Of a DNA stretch of 64,000 nt, positions 1-7,822 are shown one piece after another. Both the position numbers and the translations under genes were made by a program. Within the stretch, counting starts at the first letter, position 1. Every line of letters begins with the position of its first letter. Source of the stretch: a virus (taxonomy: Duplodnaviria > Heunggongvirae > Uroviricota > Caudoviricetes); the IMG/VR virus record IMGVR_UViG_3300045988_137643, positions 1 to 64,000 of that record. One strand, given 5' to 3'. Below the pieces are notes generated by a model, which saw nothing but the letters and a program-made list of their open reading frames with translations, made no database searches and was not told where the DNA came from.

Positions 1-20
1 CTAAACAACCATTCTTCACA

Positions 21-46
21 ATGCCCAGCGTATTGCTGGGCATTTT
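21..46 (+). terminator. rho-independent-type terminator hairpin
   Basis: GCCCAGC-GTATT-GCTGGGC stem-loop followed by TTTTC; duplicated at 891-916. Confidence 0.65.
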
Positions 47-83
47 CATATAGACGCAATCCCTTCTGATTTACTCAGCCCCT

Positions 84-98
84 AAAACAATTTGTTTT
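84..98. promoter_or_regulatory. 15-bp palindrome AAAACAA-T-TTGTTTT (operator family A)
   Basis: perfect inverted repeat; recurring upstream of early genes. Confidence 0.6.
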
Positions 99-140
99 CT
101 GCGTTCTATTATCAGTTAGAGTAACAGTATTAACAAAATA

Positions 141-848
141 ATGGAGCAAATTATGTCGATTGTTGATAAAGCTCATATGTTTGCCGTTGGAGTGTATGGT
201 GGTGTAGGTAAGAAGCGTAGATATACGGGGGAAGACTACGTTACACACCCAGTTTCTGTGCGTGAGATTGTTGCTTGGCACGGAGGCACTGTCGAAATGC
301 AGGCTGCTGCATTATTACATGGTGTTATTGAAGATACCCATATCACTATCGAAATGGTACGCGAGTATTTCGGGAATCGTATAGCTGAGATGGTACTGGC
401 GCTGGCAAACGTTGCCAAACCAGACGACGGCGATAGTCTTGCGAGATTCATTATTAATGTTCGCGAATTGCAAAAGACGTTGGATATGCAGACGCGAATG
501 ATTAAATTGGCCGACCTGTTGGACAATCTTACTGCTATTAAGCTGTGTGCACCTGGTTCCTCACCTATCTATTTTGCTGAAACAGAGCTTATGCTGGAAA
601 TGGTCTTTAACGGCAGGGCAATTGGCCCCGATGCTGGTGTTGTAGAATATTTAGAGAGTAAAGGCATTGAGCACGAATTATTAGTAAACGTACGAGCGGT
701 AGTGAATAAAGGCATATCTGACTTGAAGCCAGAGTACCGAACGCAATATGAATCCTATAAGGAGATGATTTGGCACAAATGGCGTCAATCAGAATATCAA
801 CATAGCGCGAACGTAACCTCCCATCCTGCAGCCGGATGCCGGTGCTAA
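141..848 (+). CDS. HD-domain protein with RelA/SpoT (p)ppGpp-hydrolase-like motifs; the canonical HD dyad reads HG
   Basis: ORF track; motifs HPVSVREIV and AALLHGVIEDT...FG..IAEMVLALANV resemble SpoT/Mesh1 hydrolase motifs; GGAG RBS precedes an alternative ATG at 153. Confidence 0.55.
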   Translation: MEQIMSIVDKAHMFAVGVYGGVGKKRRYTGEDYVTHPVSVREIVAWHGGTVEMQAAALLHGVIEDTHITIEMVREYFGNRIAEMVLALANVAKPDDGDSLARFIINVRELQKTLDMQTRMIKLADLLDNLTAIKLCAPGSSPIYFAETELMLEMVFNGRAIGPDAGVVEYLESKGIEHELLVNVRAVVNKGISDLKPEYRTQYESYKEMIWHKWRQSEYQHSANVTSHPAAGCRC

Positions 849-890
849 ACCTGGCCACCAGGTTAAGTAATTAAACAACCTCTCTTCGCA

Positions 891-916
891 ATGCCCGGCA
901 ACACGCCGGGCATTTT
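891..916 (+). terminator. rho-independent-type terminator after 141..848
   Basis: GCCCGGC-AACAC-GCCGGGC then TTTTC; compensatory base-pair change relative to copy at 21-46. Confidence 0.7.
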
Positions 917-953
917 CATATAGACACAATCCCTTCTGATTTACACAGTACCT

Positions 954-968
954 AAAACAATTTGTTTT
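954..968. promoter_or_regulatory. family A palindrome AAAACAA-T-TTGTTTT
   Basis: identical to 84-98; followed by GATAAT -10-like hexamer. Confidence 0.6.
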
Positions 969-1004
969 CTGCCTTTTGTTGTTAGAGATAATAAGCCACA
1001 TAAG

Positions 1005-1019
1005 AAAACAACTTGTTTT
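1005..1019. promoter_or_regulatory. family A palindrome AAAACAA-C-TTGTTTT
   Basis: second copy between -10-like hexamer and RBS of 1032..1331. Confidence 0.6.
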
Positions 1020-1031
1020 GGAGTGGTTGAA

Positions 1032-1331
1032 ATGTTGAACATTACCCAAGCCTACCAGGTGGCATTGATCAGTTCATCTCATACATCAGAGGAAGATGCT
1101 CGCCGATTCATGATCGCAAGCAATGAGCTGGATTGGGTTTCACAAATTGATGGCGGTTGTATTGTCCACGCCGGGTTACAGGATGATGTCTGGAAAGACG
1201 ACTTGCGTCGATATGGTATATCCGAAGGCGCGATTGCTAACATTCAGAAAGTACTTGATGTAGGCTTTGACTCTGTACATTTTGATTGTGGTGCGCCGGT
1301 CGTTGAAGGGCTTGAGTGCTGGAACTGGTAA
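1032..1331 (+). CDS. hypothetical early protein
   Basis: ORF track, start moved to ATG 1032 (GGAG upstream); preceded by the terminator-operator-promoter cassette. Confidence 0.45.
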   Translation: MLNITQAYQVALISSSHTSEEDARRFMIASNELDWVSQIDGGCIVHAGLQDDVWKDDLRRYGISEGAIANIQKVLDVGFDSVHFDCGAPVVEGLECWNW

Positions 1332-1738
1332 ATCTGCAAACATATTCAAACCGTTGATAATGGCGGTCACAATTTGATTCTTTTCTATAAGAATCCGTTG
1401 ATCGCCACTACTCCCCTTCCATGCCTGCAATCACATCCTTAAATATCAATAGGTTACAGTTGTTTATACCAATAAGAAAACAACTAAATAACAGATCAAC
1501 GAAACATCAACGCTTTCTCCCGATTTGGTCTAAAAAATTGACGTTTTCACACATCACTTCTTATACCCGTAATCCTACGCAGCAGACAGCTCCACAGCGT
1601 CCAATTTTCACCACAGACGACTCAACACACTACCAACAAAAACACACGCTCAAAATCGCTCCCGTTGCGTTACACAACCATATAAACAACTTATTTTCAG
1701 GCATAACAAAACAACTAAATAACACACATGCCATTCCC

Positions 1739-1802
1739 AAAAACAACCAACCTCTTTATGGCAGGCTACCGAAAAGACCCACCTCTTCTTCCCAGGCTAC
1801 CG
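1739..1802 (+). repeat. A+C-rich repeat element copy 1
   Basis: AAAAACAACCAACCTCT...CAGGCTACCG...ACCCACCTCTT...GGCTACCG; related copy at 4830-4881. Confidence 0.55.
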
Positions 1803-2408
1803 GATAACCAACCTAACTTTCACAGGCAATCCGAAAACATTCACACGCGCGATACCCACGACACGCCATTCCCCAAACAGCGAAGAAACACCAGAATCAC
1901 TGAAACCCCAACGAAGCCTGTAACCGCAAGGTTTCTCTCAATCCCAAAAGACACGAAACAGAACAATCACGGGAAACGCCATTACCCAATACACGAATAA
2001 CTACAAAAGCCTTTCACACTCCAGACAAACAACTCAAACACAATAACGAAAGGAATCGCCCACCTGCCATTACTCCATATACGGAGAAGAACAATCACCA
2101 AAACGACGAGAACACCCCATAGAAGAACCACCGCAAAACGAACGAAACCACATACACCGACAGAGAAAACAACACACCCAATTCACCAACAGAAATAGTC
2201 GCCGTATAGAACATTCTGGAAGGAGTGAGCATTAACGCCTATAGAGAGGTTGAGACAGATAAAACACGAAGAAAACACAACATGTATAGCGAAGAAGCCA
2301 GGTATGTATAAGTGGAGAGGGAAGGAGGGGTGTCGCCTCCTTTTTCGTATTTATTCAACTCCTGATTTTATCCCCCGTAACACCCCTACGGTCAGCCTTC
2401 GGTCCATA

Positions 2409-2549
2409 CAGGGAAAAGGCTGCATCCCGCTACAGAAACGGCTGGGTTGCCTTCGGGGAACGGCTGGAGGTTTTCAGGGAAACGGTCGAGTTGCCTGTGT
2501 GAATTTCGGGAAAAGGTTCGATGCCGGTTCAGGAACGGCGGCGTACCGG
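2409..2549. repeat. iteron-like array of about six degenerate 21-31-bp tandem units with core GGGAAA(A/C)GG
   Basis: units begin CAGGGAAAAGGCTG, GAAACGGCTGG, GGAACGGCTGG, GGGAAACGGTCG, GGGAAAAGGTTCG, GGAACGGCGG. Confidence 0.6.
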
Positions 2550-2902
2550 TATAGCGTGAGGGAGAGTTGCGACTGCCCACCTGTAATGTGCGGGAAGAAG
2601 AGAGGCGCTCACGTGCAGGCGAACTTACTTCCCGCTGGATTCCCTCTGAATGCCCAGCTACAGCGTAATTGTGCCAGACAGCCAGCGGGTCACAATCGAT
2701 TTCAGTAGGTTTTCGGGGAGAGGATTATTCTGCCCACCAGCCATCTTCGGCCACTAAATCAGAATAATGTAAAAAGTGTACTCGGTACTGAACCTGAAAA
2801 CTCACTGCCAAAACCACATTCACCGGAATAAAATCCTTTTTCGCCTATACGTTATTACGATAATAACACCAATAAGAAAACATGTTGTTTAAGGATTGCT
2901 TT

Positions 2903-3232
2903 ATGTTTGCACATATCGACATCAACCAAATTAAGAAATTGACTCAAAAAGAGTTTGACCAGTTCTGTGAGCTGGAAGGTTGGTCTTCCACTCTGATCAA
3001 TTCGCGGTGGGTGCTTGAGCTGATGACTCGTGATGACGCTCCTGCTTTGATGATTTGCGACATGGGTGAAGATGCTGACTTTATGGATATGAGCGAATTT
3101 TGTGTGGACACATACAACCGCAGCCAGAAGTACTACTTCACATGCGATAGCGAGAATGACGTGATTTCTAAGGTCTATCTTCACCTTGTCCAGCATTGGG
3201 ACGTTCAGGAGTTTCTTGAAGTATTCGCGTAA
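2903..3232 (+). CDS. hypothetical acidic early protein
   Basis: ORF track; ATG 2903 follows AAGGA RBS at 2891-2895; the track start at 2882 lies inside a palindromic element; D/E-rich product. Confidence 0.45.
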   Translation: MFAHIDINQIKKLTQKEFDQFCELEGWSSTLINSRWVLELMTRDDAPALMICDMGEDADFMDMSEFCVDTYNRSQKYYFTCDSENDVISKVYLHLVQHWDVQEFLEVFA

Positions 3233-3385
3233 CCTCAACCAAAGCCAGCAATGCTGGCTTAACTTCTCTGTGGCCGCAGGGAAGAACCCGCATATCGCTC
3301 ATGCGCCTGATCAATATGCTTTGTAGCCGTTTTCTTACTGGTATTATTTACGCCATTGAGAAAATAAGTTGTTTACGGAGTTGTG

Positions 3386-3697
3386 ATGAAAAAATCATTG
3401 GTTCTTGGTCTGGACAAAGACCAGAAGCGAAAAGAGAAGCCTGCGCTGGTTGCTCAATTAACTTTGCTGGACATCGTTGCCAATGGAACCTCTATTCGTC
3501 TGTTCCGTGAAACAGCGGTGTCTTTCGATAAAAACACCTTTACTCGTTATGTAATGAATGTTCGTCGCCAGCGTGGAAAAGGCTGGGTGGCATTTCAAAG
3601 AATGTGGCCGGAACATCAGCTCGAACTGGCTTTGATGGAAGTTAACCGCGTGGCCCAACAAGAAATTCAGAGAGCATCAGTGATGGCAATAGCCTGA
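3386..3697 (+). CDS. hypothetical protein
   Basis: ORF track; ATG 3386 after ACGGAG RBS; followed by terminator 3732-3759. Confidence 0.5.
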   Translation: MKKSLVLGLDKDQKRKEKPALVAQLTLLDIVANGTSIRLFRETAVSFDKNTFTRYVMNVRRQRGKGWVAFQRMWPEHQLELALMEVNRVAQQEIQRASVMAIA

Positions 3698-3731
3698 TAA
3701 TGTGCAAGTGGTAATTAGTCGACAGTACGAC

Positions 3732-3759
3732 AGCCCCGCCATCCTTACGGGGCTTTTTT
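3732..3759 (+). terminator. rho-independent-type terminator
   Basis: AGCCCCG...CGGGGCT stem followed by TTTTTT. Confidence 0.7.
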
Positions 3760-3764
3760 GTATT

Positions 3765-3780
3765 GTAAGTACATACTTAC
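3765..3780. promoter_or_regulatory. family B palindrome GTAAGTA-CA-TACTTAC
   Basis: 7-bp arms; immediately after terminator, upstream of 3824..4219. Confidence 0.55.
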
Positions 3781-3823
3781 GGTTATAAAATAGAAAAATA
3801 ACCAAGACACTACGGAGAGTGAA

Positions 3824-4219
3824 ATGACCGTTAAACGCGAAAAACTGACAGTTGATGTTTACTATGCCTCTGAAACTGCCGAAGGTAAGAATGTGGCAAA
3901 AATCACCGTTGTTACGTACAACACCGAAACTGGTGCCGAAGTACAGGCCAGTACGATCGTGCGTAAAGGTGATGCCTCCGGCGGCGAGTACGCGACTCAA
4001 TACCAGTCCATTCTCGATGCAACTGACCCGCTGCTGCTGAAAATCGAGAACTACTTCCGCCAGGTTGATGAAGAGGTGTTTGAAACCATGATGAGTATGG
4101 TTAATTCCGTATTCACCTCCAGCCTGAACACCAGCACCACCTGGATTGGCCAGTACGGTCTGCGTATTACCTCCGGCATTCCTGCTGACACCTTAATCCC
4201 TGAAAGCGTATTCGCTTAA
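3824..4219 (+). CDS. hypothetical protein
   Basis: ORF track; GGAGAG RBS; followed by terminator 4230-4256. Confidence 0.55.
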   Translation: MTVKREKLTVDVYYASETAEGKNVAKITVVTYNTETGAEVQASTIVRKGDASGGEYATQYQSILDATDPLLLKIENYFRQVDEEVFETMMSMVNSVFTSSLNTSTTWIGQYGLRITSGIPADTLIPESVFA

Positions 4220-4229
4220 TCCTCTTTAA

Positions 4230-4256
4230 ATGGCGCGTAAACCGCGCCATTTTCTT
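4230..4256 (+). terminator. rho-independent-type terminator
   Basis: TGGCGCG-TAAAC-CGCGCCA followed by TTTTCTT. Confidence 0.7.
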
Positions 4257-4263
4257 ATGCCCG

Positions 4264-4278
4264 ATAACAATTTGTTTT
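4264..4278. promoter_or_regulatory. family A palindrome (ATAACAA-T-TTGTTTT)
   Basis: one mismatch to consensus; same cassette context as 84-98 and 954-968. Confidence 0.55.
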
Positions 4279-4346
4279 CTGCCTTTATCTTACTGCGATA
4301 ATTACAACAACAAGAAAACAACGTGTTTATTAGGTGGTGAAATAAT

Positions 4347-4499
4347 ATGGAATACATTGTTACTGTCGCTTCGTCAGATCGGGAGTCGTTACTTGAGGCT
4401 ATCAGAAGCATGGAAAACATCATCATGTCAGAGCAGGAGCTTAATGGTTATCTTGAGATGGATGATTTTTCTATCAAAATGGAGGTGAAGAATGACTGA
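4347..4499 (+). CDS. small hypothetical protein (50 aa)
   Basis: ATG 4347 after AGGTGGTG RBS; not in ORF track (below size cut-off); 3' end overlaps the next start. Confidence 0.35.
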   Translation: MEYIVTVASSDRESLLEAIRSMENIIMSEQELNGYLEMDDFSIKMEVKND

Positions 4500-4773
4500 C
4501 TTCACCATTACCCCTAAAGCACAAAATGTATTTCTTGAATCATGGCTGGACTTGCCGGAAACAGAACAGCAAGAAATGGATCATGTGGATTATGACGAGC
4601 AGGTAAGCACGCGATTCTTCCACTTTGAGGGATGCGTTTACGACATTGCCGACTTCATGCGAGATGACCGCTTCCCTGAATGGCACGCAAGCTATCCACT
4701 AAACGCCTTTGCCATGCTGATGATCCGTGTGGATGATTCAGGGGATACCATCGACATCGGTCTGCTCCACTGA
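4492..4773 (+). CDS. hypothetical protein
   Basis: ORF track; overlaps upstream small ORF, suggesting translational coupling. Confidence 0.5.
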   Translation: MTDFTITPKAQNVFLESWLDLPETEQQEMDHVDYDEQVSTRFFHFEGCVYDIADFMRDDRFPEWHASYPLNAFAMLMIRVDDSGDTIDIGLLH

Positions 4774-4829
4774 ATAATAAGGTCACCAATGCTGGTGGCC
4801 TTAAATGACCATCCTGTTCCCCGCAGGCT

Positions 4830-4881
4830 AAAAACACCAACCTCTTACCTCCAGGCAACCGACAAACCCACCTGTTCCCGT
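4830..4881 (+). repeat. A+C-rich repeat element copy 2
   Basis: AAAAACACCAACCTCT...CAGGCAACCG...ACCCACCTGTT...GGCTACCG. Confidence 0.55.
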
Positions 4882-4943
4882 CCGGCTACCGCAACTTTCC
4901 ACTTTGACGCCTTATTCGTACAACGATAATTAACGCCAACAAG

Positions 4944-4958
4944 AAAACAATTTGTTAT
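4944..4958. promoter_or_regulatory. family A palindrome AAAACAA-T-TTGTTAT
   Basis: between GATAAT hexamer and RBS of 4978..5460. Confidence 0.55.
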
Positions 4959-4977
4959 TTACGATAAGGAATTAATC

Positions 4978-5460
4978 ATGAATTTTATCGCTACTGTAAA
5001 CGCACCCGCACATGGCAATATCGCTGTAACGTTCTCTGACATTGAAAAACGAGTACTTGGTGCATGGCGCGACAATGAGACGGTAGAACTGTCAGCACAA
5101 GAAAAATGCATTATTGCACGCGACATCATTGGCAATCGTCGTTACTCGCGGGTATTTGAGAAAGCGTATGTGGTAAATTCTGGATTCGGAACGTTCGTCT
5201 TTCCGGTGCGCTCCGGGCGATTCTGCCAGTCCAAGCTGATTGAGTTCGCTACGCAGATTTCGGTCTGGATTAAAACTCAATCGTCGTTCAAATTTTCCGA
5301 CGATGAAGCAGTATCGCAGGGGATGCGGATCGCCAACAATGCAATTAAATGCAAAAACATTACGTATACCGCTGGCGTTGATACATGGAAACTGTTTTGC
5401 GCTAACTTTATGTTGAATGTATACGCAAGCAACCGCATCCACATCCTTGATGGCGTGTAA
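4978..5460 (+). CDS. hypothetical protein
   Basis: ORF track; AAGGA RBS; operator palindrome 4944-4958 upstream; terminator 5468-5492 downstream. Confidence 0.55.
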   Translation: MNFIATVNAPAHGNIAVTFSDIEKRVLGAWRDNETVELSAQEKCIIARDIIGNRRYSRVFEKAYVVNSGFGTFVFPVRSGRFCQSKLIEFATQISVWIKTQSSFKFSDDEAVSQGMRIANNAIKCKNITYTAGVDTWKLFCANFMLNVYASNRIHILDGV

Positions 5461-5467
5461 CTGAGAA

Positions 5468-5492
5468 GAGGGCCAGAAACGGCCCTTTCTCT
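5468..5492 (+). terminator. terminator-like hairpin after 4978..5460
   Basis: GGGCC-AGAAAC-GGCCC followed by TTTCTC. Confidence 0.5.
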
Positions 5493-5507
5493 ATAGCCAC
5501 CAGCTGC

Positions 5508-5597
5508 CGCAGGGAAATTTTCAGAAACGGCGAGGAACGCATTCATGAGCCGACGGGAAACGGCCAGGATTTTTTCGGGAAACGGCTGCATTCGCCT
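5508..5597. repeat. second array of GGGAAACGG-type repeats
   Basis: CAGGGAAATTTTCAGAAACGGCG, CGGGAAACGGCCAGG, CGGGAAACGGCTGCAT; shares GGGAAA-GGCTGCAT with first array. Confidence 0.55.
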
Positions 5598-5997
5598 TTA
5601 TGTAGAAAAAACATCGGGAAGCTGGTGGAATCCAACCAGCGGTTGTCGGACAGGTGAGCGGGGAAAATTATGATGACTTTCGTCGCCTGAGACATCCAGA
5701 TTTCTTTCGTAGCATAATCACATACGTGATTAAGTGGTGTGATTATGTGAAAAATCACGCGCACATAATACGCGAGCGGATACGGAACAAAACGAAATGC
5801 CGATCCGCGCCGACAAATAAACGCGGATCATAAAGCAAGACTAAAAGCCAATGATTAACCATACTCTATAACGCAATATAACGCGTTTTAAGCGCGTTAA
5901 TGTGTTAAGTAATGGGTATGTACTGGTAAGGATATAAAAGCGCGTCTATGGCGTTATTTTGGTGCTTATTTTTATGTTGTTGGAGTGAGTTAAAGAC

Positions 5998-6026
5998 AAT
6001 AAAAAACGCGCCAATGATGGCGCGTT
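5998..6026 (-). terminator. minus-strand rho-independent-type terminator
   Basis: AACGCGCCA-ATGA-TGGCGCGTT; A-run on + strand gives U-run after the hairpin on minus strand. Confidence 0.6.
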
Positions 6027-6046
6027 ATGGTGGGAGTATTGGAAAC

Positions 6047-6071
6047 GAAAAAAGCGCCCATAGTGGGCGCT
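6047..6071 (-). terminator. minus-strand rho-independent-type terminator after 6077..6304
   Basis: AGCGCCCA-TAG-TGGGCGCT with U6 on the minus strand; hairpin sequence repeated at 6546-6566. Confidence 0.7.
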
Positions 6072-6076
6072 CGATT

Positions 6077-6304
6077 TTATTTATGTAAACTGATTTCAAA
6101 TCCCATTTCTACAAACACTTTTAACATTAAAAATATATCAGCGTCGTTCACGTCTGCTTTTTTTCGCTCCTGGTCGCTCAATAAGTCAATTTTGCGCGTC
6201 GTTTCATCTATAAGCTCAACAGATCCAGCGTAACCAGCGATCCCAGCAATATCATTAACACAATATTCATTGTGGACGTTAACGCCAGCGATAAGAACAA
6301 ACAT
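6077..6304 (-). CDS. hypothetical protein
   Basis: ORF track; AAGGAG RBS on minus strand; followed by tandem minus-strand terminators. Confidence 0.5.
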   Translation of the reverse strand: MFVLIAGVNVHNEYCVNDIAGIAGYAGSVELIDETTRKIDLLSDQERKKADVNDADIFLMLKVFVEMGFEISLHK

Positions 6305-6324
6305 GATTAAGCTCCTTAAAAAAA

Positions 6325-6528
6325 TTAAATAGAATTTTGAAGTTTTCCGATTAATGCGCTTAAACGTAAGTATTCACGTTTGCGCTTGCAATCTCGCTTG
6401 CTGTTAAGCAAATCAGAAAACGTAAAATTTAATTGGTCGCGTTGCGCGATCAAATCATCGATTAATTCCAGTTTATAAGCGCGATACTTTGCGCGATATT
6501 CCGCGCGGATCTTGTCATAGCTGACCAT
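6325..6528 (-). CDS. hypothetical protein
   Basis: ORF track 6325..6573 shortened to internal ATG 6528, which has an AAGGAG RBS; the first 15 codons of the track ORF are a hairpin also found at 6053-6071. Confidence 0.45.
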   Translation of the reverse strand: MVSYDKIRAEYRAKYRAYKLELIDDLIAQRDQLNFTFSDLLNSKRDCKRKREYLRLSALIGKLQNSI

Positions 6529-6576
6529 TTTTAAAGCTCCTTTAAAGCGCCCATAGTGGGCGCTTGATTCCATTAA

Positions 6577-7227
6577 TTACGCTTTGAAAGCATCAGCTAA
6601 ATAATTGTAGAAATCATTTTTAATGAAGCGATATTGCTGAGTACCAGCTTTTGCGCTCCCAGCTCCTTTGACTTTCTCAACAAGTCCGAGACGTTCGCAA
6701 AGATTGATCAACTGGTTGGCTTGAGTATAGCCAGCGTCCAATTTAATTTCGCACGCTTTTTTAGCTTCATTCATTAAATCGAAAACAGCGCCATTAGTGA
6801 ACGTGTCGATCTCGTCGTTAATCATATCGATTAAAGCGAATACACGAGATCCTGACATATCAGCGACGGAATAAACGCATTTACCAGCTTTAATGGATTT
6901 AACCAGATAAACCAGTTTTTCCAGTGAATAACTATTAGTCATAGCATCACGGAAAAATACTTCTGGCGCTTGTTTGCTTGCTTTAATCGCATAGTAGAAA
7001 ACAGAGCATAATTTTTCGTCTTCTACTGCGTTTACGACGTTGTTGATGAAGTAAGCAAGTTTAGTGGTCGCAGCTTGCATATTTGCTTTGTCTGCTTTAG
7101 TGTGCGTACCATTTTTATAATGTTCGTTATATGTTTGAGTTGCCAGATCTGCTTTTTCGCGCAGTTCATCGGATACAATGGAAGCAGCTTCAATGATGGA
7201 TTTTTTAGAAATGATAATGTTAGCCAT
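6577..7227 (-). CDS. hypothetical protein
   Basis: ORF track, 216 aa; AGGA RBS. Confidence 0.55.
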   Translation of the reverse strand: MANIIISKKSIIEAASIVSDELREKADLATQTYNEHYKNGTHTKADKANMQAATTKLAYFINNVVNAVEDEKLCSVFYYAIKASKQAPEVFFRDAMTNSYSLEKLVYLVKSIKAGKCVYSVADMSGSRVFALIDMINDEIDTFTNGAVFDLMNEAKKACEIKLDAGYTQANQLINLCERLGLVEKVKGAGSAKAGTQQYRFIKNDFYNYLADAFKA

Positions 7228-7465
7228 GATAATTTTTCCTTATGTAAATTTAAAATTTATTGTCGTTAGCGTCTTCGCTTTCGACGAGTTCAATTATCGA
7301 TACGCGAAAAAAGATTGCAAGTGTTTTTTTAAAATTTTTTGCAGGGATGAAAGTCCTAGAAATAAAAGCGAGATCGTCGAAGGTGTTCCCTAAATAAATA
7401 ATCGATTCCGGCTTTCGATCTTATATATATTTAGGTTATTTGATTTATAGATATAAAGAAGTGAT

Positions 7466-7498
7466 GTGAAAAATAATAACCGGACTTAGCCGGTTATT
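7466..7498 (-). terminator. minus-strand rho-independent-type terminator after 7511..7819
   Basis: AATAACCGG-ACTTAG-CCGGTTATT 9-bp stem; U-rich tract on minus strand. Confidence 0.65.
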
Positions 7499-7510
7499 AA
7501 CCTTATAGAT

Positions 7511-7819
7511 TTATTGAACAGACTCTACAGCCTTACGATTGGTGTCAAATAGCGCATCAACGAACTGTGCCGATGACTCGCTAGATTCGCAATCCAACAT
7601 TGCCCGTTCTTCATTTGCCACTTTCTTACACAGTTCCACATTCTCACCTATCGCTTTTCCTGCTTTTACGGCTGCCGAAAATTGATACATGCAAACTGAT
7701 ACATTCTGAGACGTTGAGCACACGTCATTCATCAGCGACTGAATGACAGGCTTATAGTCCATTGCATTTGCCGCAACTGAGCAAAGTAAAAATAATGGTG
7801 GTAACAATATCGATTTCAT
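7511..7819 (-). CDS. secreted small Cys-containing protein
   Basis: N-terminal signal peptide MKSILLPPLFLLCSVAANA with AxA cleavage site; minus-strand terminator directly downstream. Confidence 0.55.
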   Translation of the reverse strand: MKSILLPPLFLLCSVAANAMDYKPVIQSLMNDVCSTSQNVSVCMYQFSAAVKAGKAIGENVELCKKVANEERAMLDCESSESSAQFVDALFDTNRKAVESVQ

Positions 7820-7822
7820 AAC

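Larger units (their letters stand above)
1..106 (+). repeat. intergenic cassette copy 1 (terminator + palindrome), direct repeat of 871..973
   Basis: about 90 percent identity by eye with 871-973. Confidence 0.7.
871..973 (+). repeat. intergenic cassette copy 2
   Basis: direct repeat of 1-106; third related copy at 4228-4280. Confidence 0.7.

Noticed and set aside
1421-2000. Track ORFs 1421..1807 and 1728..2000 in the A+C-rich stretch
   Set aside because: Low-complexity translations (P/T/Q/N-rich) produced by G-depleted sequence; no RBS; overlapping each other; treated as non-coding.
2409-2549. Possible CRISPR array at the tandem repeats
   Set aside because: Units are degenerate, lengths vary from 21 to 31 bp and there is no repeat-spacer alternation; no cas genes in the window.
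2250-2708. Track ORF 2250..2708 (152 aa)
   Set aside because: Spans the GGGAAACGG repeat array; R/G/C-rich repeat-driven translation without RBS; more likely a DNA or RNA element than a gene.
6529-6573. N-terminal 15 codons of track ORF 6325..6573
   Set aside because: They coincide with a hairpin duplicated at 6053-6071, and a strong AAGGAG RBS precedes the internal ATG at 6528; the longer form is unlikely.
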